64,000 nt of DNA. It comes from the human T2T-CHM13v2.0 reference genome, Homo sapiens. Both the position numbers and the translations under genes were made by a program. Positions 57,115 to 64,000 of this stretch are shown piece after piece; the stretch's first letter is position 1; every line of letters begins with the position of its first letter. The notes below the pieces were generated by a model. The model did no database searches, was not told the DNA's origin, and worked only from the letters and a program-made list of their open reading frames with translations. The stretch lies in assembly GCF_009914755.1 (NCBI RefSeq), contig NC_060931.1; one strand, given 5' to 3'.

Positions 57115-60100
57115 ATTTTCTTTATCCACTCATCAATTGATGAACTTTTGAGCTGGTTTCATATTTTTGTAATATTTTTGTAATTGCAAATTGTGCTGCT
57201 ATAAACGTGGGTGTGCAAGTGTCTTTTTCATATAATGACTTATTTTCCACTGGGTAGGTACTGAGTAGTGGGATTGCTGGATAGAATGGTAGATCTACTT
57301 TTAGTTCTTTAAGAAATCTCCATACTGTTTTCCATAGAGGTTGTACTAGTTTACATTCCCACCAGCAGTGTAAAAGCATTCCATTTTCACCACATCCATG
57401 CCAACATCTATTAGTTTTCAATTTTTTAAATTATGGCCCTTCTTGCAGGAATAAGATGGTATCACATTGGGGATCTGATTTGCATTTTCTGATAATTAGT
57501 GATGTTGAGGATTTTTTCATGTTTCTTGGCCATTTGTATATCTTTTTGTGAGAACTGTCCATATTCTTAGCCCATTTTTTGATGGGATTATTTGTTTTTT
57601 TCTTGCTGATTTTTTCCTTGTAGTTCCTTGTAGATTCTAAGTATTAGTTCTTTGTCAGATGTATAGTTTGCAAGGATTTTCTCCCATTCTATGAATTGTC
57701 TGTCTACTCTGCTGATTATTTATTTTGCTGTGTAGAAGCTTTTTAGTTTAATTAAGTGCCATCTATTTATCTTTTTGTTGTATTTGCTTTTGAGTTCTTG
57801 GTCATGAAGTCTTTGCCTGAGTCAATGTCTAGAAGGGTTTTTCCAATGTTATCTTCTAGAATTTTTATGGTTTGAGGTTTTAGATTTAAGTGTTTCTTCT
57901 ATCTTGAGTTGATTTTTGTATAAGGAGAGAGATGAGGATCCTGCACGTATCTTGCCAATTATCTCACCACCATTTGTTGAATAGGATGCCCTTTCCCCCT
58001 GTATGTTTTCATTTGCTTTGTTGAAGGTCAGTAGCCCATAAGTACATGGCTTTGTTTCTGGATTCTCTATGCTGTTCCATTGGTCCCTGTGGCTATTTTT
58101 ATGCCAGCACCATGCTGTTTTGGTGACTATAGCCTTGTAGTATAGTTTGAGGTTGGGTAATGTGATGCCTCCAAATTTGTTCTTTTTGCTTAGTCTCACT
58201 TTGGCTACATGGGCTCTCTTTTAGTTCCATATGAATTTTAGGTTGTCTTTTCTAGTTCTGTGAAGAATGGTGGTGGTATTTTGATGGGAATTGCATTGAA
58301 TGTATAGATTGCTTTTGGCAGTGTTGTCATTTTCACAATACTGATTCTACCCATCAATGAGCATGAGATGTGTCTCCATTCATTTGTGTTGTCCATGAGT
58401 TATTTCAGCAGTGTTTTGTAGTTTTCCTTGTAGAGATCTTTTACCTCCTTGGTTAGAGATATTCCTAAGTTGCTATTATTATTTTTATGTTGGTGGTTGT
58501 TGTAGCTATTGTAAAAGGGGTTGAGTTCTTGATTTGTTTCTCACCTTGGTTGCTGTTGGTGTATAGCAATGCTACTGATTTGTGTATAGTGATTTTATAT
58601 CTGAAACTTCACTGAATTCATTTATCAGATCTAGGAGCTTTTTGGATGAGTCTTTAGGGTTTTCTAGGTATTCAATCATATCATTGGCAAACAGCAACAG
58701 TTTGACTTGCTCTTTGCTGATTTGGATGTCCTTTATTTCTTTCTCTTGTTGAATCAAAAACAAAAAACAAGAAACAAAAAAACCAAGATATTCAGGCAAC
58801 AACTAGCACAATGAATAGAATACTACCTCACATCTCAATACTAACATTGAATATAAGTGGCCTAAATGCACTACTTAAAAGATACAGTGGAACATGACAA
58901 GAATGCCGTGGCTAAGACTTCCAGTACTATGTTGAATAATGGCTAGCCAGTACTATGTTGAAAGAAGTGGAGAAAGTGGACATCCTTGTCATGTTCCAGT
59001 TCTCAGGGGGAATGCTTTCAACTTTCTCCATTCAGAATAACATTGGCTGTGGATTTATCATAGGTGGCTTTTATTACAAGGTATGTCCCTTCTATGTCAA
59101 TTTTGCTGAATGTTTTAATCATAAAGGGACGCTGAATTTTGTCAAATGACTTTTGTGCATCTATTGAGATGATTTTTGTCATTTTTGTTTTTAATTCTGT
59201 TTATGTGGTGTATCAAATTTATTGATTTGTGTATGTTAAAACATCCTTTCATCCCTGGGATGAAACTCACTTGATCTTGGTGGATTACCTTTTGGATATG
59301 CTGTTGGATTCAGTTCACTAGCATTGTGTTGAGAATTTTTGTATCTATGTTCATCAGGGATATTGGTCTGTAGTTTTTTTGTTTTTTTGTTTTTTTGTGC
59401 CCTTTCAAGACATTTTGATGTAGGCATTTAATGCTATGAACTTTCCTCTAAGCACTACTTTTGCTGTATTCCAGAGCTATTCACAGGTTGTGTCATTATT
59501 ATCATTCAGTTCAAAGAATTTTTAAATTTCCATCTTGAATCAATGTTGACCAGGCTGCAGTGATTGTTATTGCTCTTCTGGGTCTAGCCACCCAGTGGTA
59601 CTGGGTTGGTACTGGGGAATGTCTGCAAAGAGTCCTGTGATGTGATCTGTCTTCAGGTCTCTCGGCCATGGATACCAACACCTGCTCTGGCAGAGGTAGC
59701 AAGGGAGTGAAGAGGACTGTGAGGGTCCTTAGTTGTTTTATTTACTGTGCTGGTTTTCTTGAATGCTGATTGTGCTGACAGTGAAGGTTTCACGTGGACA
59801 GACTCAGGGCCTCGGGTTCGCCAGGATGTTACTGGTGGTGGAATTAGCTGCTGTTTTCTCCTTTCTTGGAGCAGGGTTATTCTTTTATGAGTTGCTGTAA
59901 TGCCTTGAGTTGGTTGGCCTCCAGCCAGGAGGTGGCGCTTTCAAGAGCGCATCAGCTGTGATCATATAGGGGGATATAAGCTTGCCCTTAGGTTGCCTGG
60001 ATAAGTATTCAGGTTTCTCAGGCAATGGGCAGGGCCATACAGCACCCAAAAGTTTATGTCTTTCGTCTTTGGCTACTAGGGTGGGTAGAGAAAGACCATC

Positions 60101-61039
60101 AGGTAGGGGCAGGGTTAGGCCTGTCTGAGCTCAGCCTGTCCTTGAGCGGGGCTTGCTGTAGCCACTGTTGGGGATGGGGTGTGGTTCTCAGGCCAATGGA
60201 GTTTTCCTCCCAGGCGGATTATGGCTGCCTCTGTTGTATAACACAGGTAGCCAGGAAAGTGGGAGAAAGCTGGCATTGACAGGCCTTCACCCAGCCCCAC
60301 GTAGCCAGGCAGGCCAGTCTCACTCCCACTGTGCCCCACCAACAGCACCAAGTTTATATCCAGTCAGCCGGTGAGCAGGGCTGACATCTTGCCCCAGGCG
60401 ACAAGCCTCTGGACTGAGAGAGAAAGCAGGGGTTTCAGGCTCTACCCCTCCCCACCTGCCATGACTTATGTGCTCATATTTCCACTTGTTTGCCACCCCC
60501 ACCAGATTCTGCCCAGGAAAATTTGTGCTTGATCAAAATGACTACAAAGTTCAGCTGAAAGTTTCCTTCTCTCTGTGGTCCTTCGCCAATTCTACTGGCA
60601 GCCCTCCCTAAGGAACCCTGAGAGATAAAGTCAGAAGTGGCTTCCCTGGGCTTCTTTAGGGGCCGGGAGTGCCTACAGGACTCTCCCCGCTGCTTCTTCT
60701 ACTTTTATATTTGGCTTTCTAAATTCATTTCAACTCTAAGTAAGGTTACACCCTTCTCCTGTGATCTGGATTTTCGGGTTCCCCAGCGAGATGTGTGTTT
60801 GGAGGCAGACTTTTCCCCTCTCACACTTTGGGCACTCACAGTTTTTCAGCCATCTCAGAGTTTGCCGTGGCAAGCCACTTCTTTCAAAGGGTCTGTGAAT
60901 TCTTTCAGTTTTCCTAGTATGTTCCTGCAGTAGTTCTTGGAGCAGAAGTTCATGATGTGAGTCTCCACATGCTGTTCTATCTGTCCAAGGGGCTGCAAGT
61001 CAGTCCTGACTCCTATCCACCATTTATTTTCCTTCCCTG
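56620..61039 (-). mobile_element. L1PB1-like element with both ends but large internal deletions; Alu fragment (about 56638-56732) and (CA)n (57069-57108) in its 3'UTR
   Basis: L1PB 3'UTR, decayed ORF2 (ORFs 57122, 57849, 58572), GC-richer 5'UTR about 59550-61035. Perfect 17-bp TSD atactcaggatttcttt at 56603 and 61040. Confidence 0.88.
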
Positions 61040-61489
61040 ATACTCAGGATTTCTTTATGAGATGCTGTGGGCTGGCAACACCAGGCTGCAATAAGGATTT
61101 TTTTTTTAAACATTACAGCATCCTATAAGTCTTAATTTTTTGAAAGAATTACCCTTTTAAAAAGTCTTAATAGGTATCAGACACTGATTGGTAGCCCAAC
61201 AGCAGTTTAAATCTCTTGTCATAGCCCTTCTATTTTCCTGTAATTATTTATTTGATGTCTGCAAAGCCCTAAATTTTGGCTCCTCAAAAGGAGCCATTTA
61301 TCATTAAGCTTTGTTTTCCCAGCCTCTAGAACAACACTGGCATATGGTCAATACTGAGTAAACGATTAGTAAATGAATTCTTACACAGAAGAGACACTCA
61401 CATCCTGTAAAGAAAGATGCAGTCCTGGAGGTATTTCTTGACTTTCATGATGACAAGGAGATTTGGGAAAAACCACACATTAGAGCTTA

Positions 61490-61650
61490 AGCTTTCAAAG
61501 TGTAGGCCCCAGAGCAACAGCAGCAGTGTCACCTGGGAGCCTATGAGAAATGCACATTCTCAGGCCCCACTCTGCACTTATTAATCAGGAGCTCTGGGCA
61601 TGGGTCACTCTAGGTCATTAGAATGCACGTTACTATCTAAGAACCACTGT
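61490..61650. mobile_element. MER5A-like fossil
   Basis: tcaaagtgtaggcccc..cagcagcagtgtcacctgggagc..agaaatgcacattctcaggcccca..aagaaccactg. Confidence 0.7.
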
Positions 61651-61834
61651 CTTTGAAGATTCCCTTAATGAGAGACCAATTAAATGAGGTTTATTTTAAA
61701 AGGCCGGTAAAAGAAGGATTCAAGTATTTTATGATCTTCTATCATTCCTTCCTTCAAATAATCTTTATGAAAAGACTGAGGACAATGTAGTTGTTTTTAG
61801 GTATTACATTTCTGATATGCTAACTTGTCTATGT

Positions 61835-62167
61835 TAGGAATTGACAAATATTTTCTGTGAAGGGCCAGAGAGTAAATATTTTAGGCATTTCAGGCCATAC
61901 AGTCTGGGTCATTGCTACTCAATTCTGCTGTTGTCGCATGCAGGTAGCTACAAACAGTCCATAAACAAATAAGTGTGGGTGTACACCAATAAAACATTAT
62001 TTATGATACTAATATTTGAATTTCATGTGATTTCTATGTGATATCATTATTCTTTTTCATTTAAAAAATACTCTTTAAAAATGTAAAAGCCATTCTTACC
62101 TTGTTGGCGACACAAAAATAGAAAGTAGACTGGACTTAGTCCACAGGTTATAGTTTTCCAACCCCCA
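61835..62167 (-). mobile_element. MER58B-like hAT element with an 8-bp TSD
   Basis: ttttctgtgaagggccagagagtaaatattttaggc..; TSD GTCTATGT at 61827 and 62168. Confidence 0.82.
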
Positions 62168-62249
62168 GTCTATGTAATAATCAATTACATTGAGGTTGAT
62201 TTTTAAATTTTTCATTAGAAATTACACAAGAATTTCCAGGTATAGGTAT

Positions 62250-62830
62250 CATTCATTAACTGAATACTTCATATGTACCTAGCAAATAAGCAATATAGAC
62301 AAAGCTTTTGTCTTCAGGGAGCTTAAGAGCCCAGAAAAGACATCAAAATTAATCAAATAAATAAGTGAGAAAGAGAACATAATCAGAATACCGTAAGAGA
62401 GGGTAACAGAGAGAACTCCCTTAGACAGATTGGGTAAGAATGGCCCATCTGAAGCGATGCTATTTATACTAAGATGAAAAAGCTAATGAAAATTTGCCCA
62501 CTATATGAAAAGCCAGAAGAGACTTTATAGGCCAAAGCACAGCAAGCATGAAGTCCCTGGGAAAGAAGGAGCATGTAGGCACCGATGAAACCTAACGTGA
62601 CTGAAGCATAACATGTAAGGGGAGGAGGGGCAGCATTTGAGCCTGAGAAGATGACAGGAAGCAGATCATACAGGGCCTTGTCAGTGAAGTCAAGGATTTT
62701 GGCAAAGGTTTTATGCAAGGGGCTAACTGGATTTTATTTAAGGCTTTAAAAATGACTTCCTTCTTGTTACGCTGTGGAAAACAGATTTGGAGGGGACCAA
62801 GAGAACAGGAAGACGGTTTGAAGACTAGAT
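62250..62830 (-). mobile_element. L2 fragments
   Basis: attcattaactgaatac.., gcagatcatacagggccttg..aggatttt pattern. Confidence 0.55.
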
Positions 62831-64000
62831 TAGAAGTGTGCATGTGTGTATGTGAGAGATTCACAAGCATGCATTAGATATCATTAAAACTGAAAGGCTT
62901 ACAGTAGAAATTCAGTAAAACAAAATGATTTCCTAAGCCCAAACTGATGATCTCATGATTGCAGATTAAAACCAATTCAACTAGAGACTCTAAGAAGTCT
63001 TTTGGAGGTTGATGTAATGGGATTTGATCTAGATACAGAATAAAATCTTCAAGGAAAAGGACAAAAGCTTCATTCAACATTATCCAGCAGCTAAAGAATG
63101 ATATTCTTTATGTGAATGTAGAGAGAAAAAGGAACTTTGAATAGGTAGGTGGACGTCAAGAATGAATAAGCTTTGATAGTTTACTTCATCACAATGAACA
63201 GCTATTCAGTTCAGCTCCGTAATGACATTACTAGAGACATCTATCTAATAACACAACCCTATTAGCAGATCTGTCTAAATTGATATTGAAAGGACAATTA
63301 AAATTGGCACTCAGGCTACAACCAATGTTGTAAGTTGGAATGTATCAAACATCATTTTTAAAAAAGGTATATTGTTAACATTGGGACATAAATGCAAATT
63401 AGAGTAATGACTTCATTCAGCAATTTCCTTTATATGAGGCCATTCGAATCAGACTCTCTCCATAGAAAAGGGCAAATCCTTAGTAATTTAGATGATTACC
63501 TCATAGGAGTGAATAGTAAGTGAAATCAATACCATAAGGTCTGGCCTGCCATTTCCTTCCCGTTACTTCATGTCACTATGACAATGATGAGAACTTTTAA
63601 AAGTTTTCTTGCATGCTGGTTCATAAGCATTCACTAATCTCCTCCAACAATCTTCTTGTGCTCGGAAAAGAAATCCAATGTCATATTTGGAAGTTTTATT
63701 TTAAAAAGGTGAGTGCTGATACAGAATATTAATATGAACTTTTTAGTCATATCTTTATGTAGAACACTGGGAATCCATTGCCACTAAGGTAGATAATTAT
63801 TCATTTAAGTTTTATGCTAATCATTCTAATTATTGCTTAGAAAAATAAAAGTGCCATATAGCAAATCCTTATACCATTCTCTTACATTCATGCCATAAAC
63901 AACCAATAACCCAAGTGTGACTATGAGTTTCAGGAAACAATCTCTATGCTTTGGGCTGGAGGTAGTGTGCTGAAATTCATGAATTACAGCTCTTCCGACA

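Noticed and set aside
57122-58802. L1 ORF2-like peptides as an active retrotransposon
   Set aside because: They are fragmented by stops, frameshifts and deletions, and ORF1 is absent.

Overview
Human genomic DNA, identified by a near-consensus, human-specific AluYa5. The window is interior to MAGI2 (S-SCAM/AIP1), which is transcribed on the minus strand. It holds three short coding exons (41533-41318, 21647-21437, 9684-9605; 216+211+80 nt, canonical AG/GT, phases chain correctly), encoding the end of the guanylate-kinase-like region, the acidic linker and WW1. From memory of the reference these are exons 4-6, about aa 180-349. The rest is intron: a disabled UFC1 processed pseudogene nested in a MER58B, about 18 Alu copies or fragments, old L1/L2/MIR pieces, three THE1 LTRs, two MLT1 LTRs, an LTR8, a rearranged L1PB, DNA-transposon fossils and microsatellites. 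Most ORFs in the track are repeat artefacts. The most interesting unexplained signals are: (1) a diverged ~126-bp direct repeat bracketing the WW1 exon; (2) a candidate frame-preserving 42-nt GC-AG cassette exon with GCATG motifs; (3) a sense-oriented THE1 LTR with an intact DUX4 motif and splice donor upstream of the exon carrying an internal strong-Kozak Met; (4) a 31-bp-arm hairpin just after that exon; (5) inverted Alus positioned to circularise two exons. These functional readings are hypotheses. Repeat subfamily names and exon/residue numbering come from recall of consensus sequences, not from searches.
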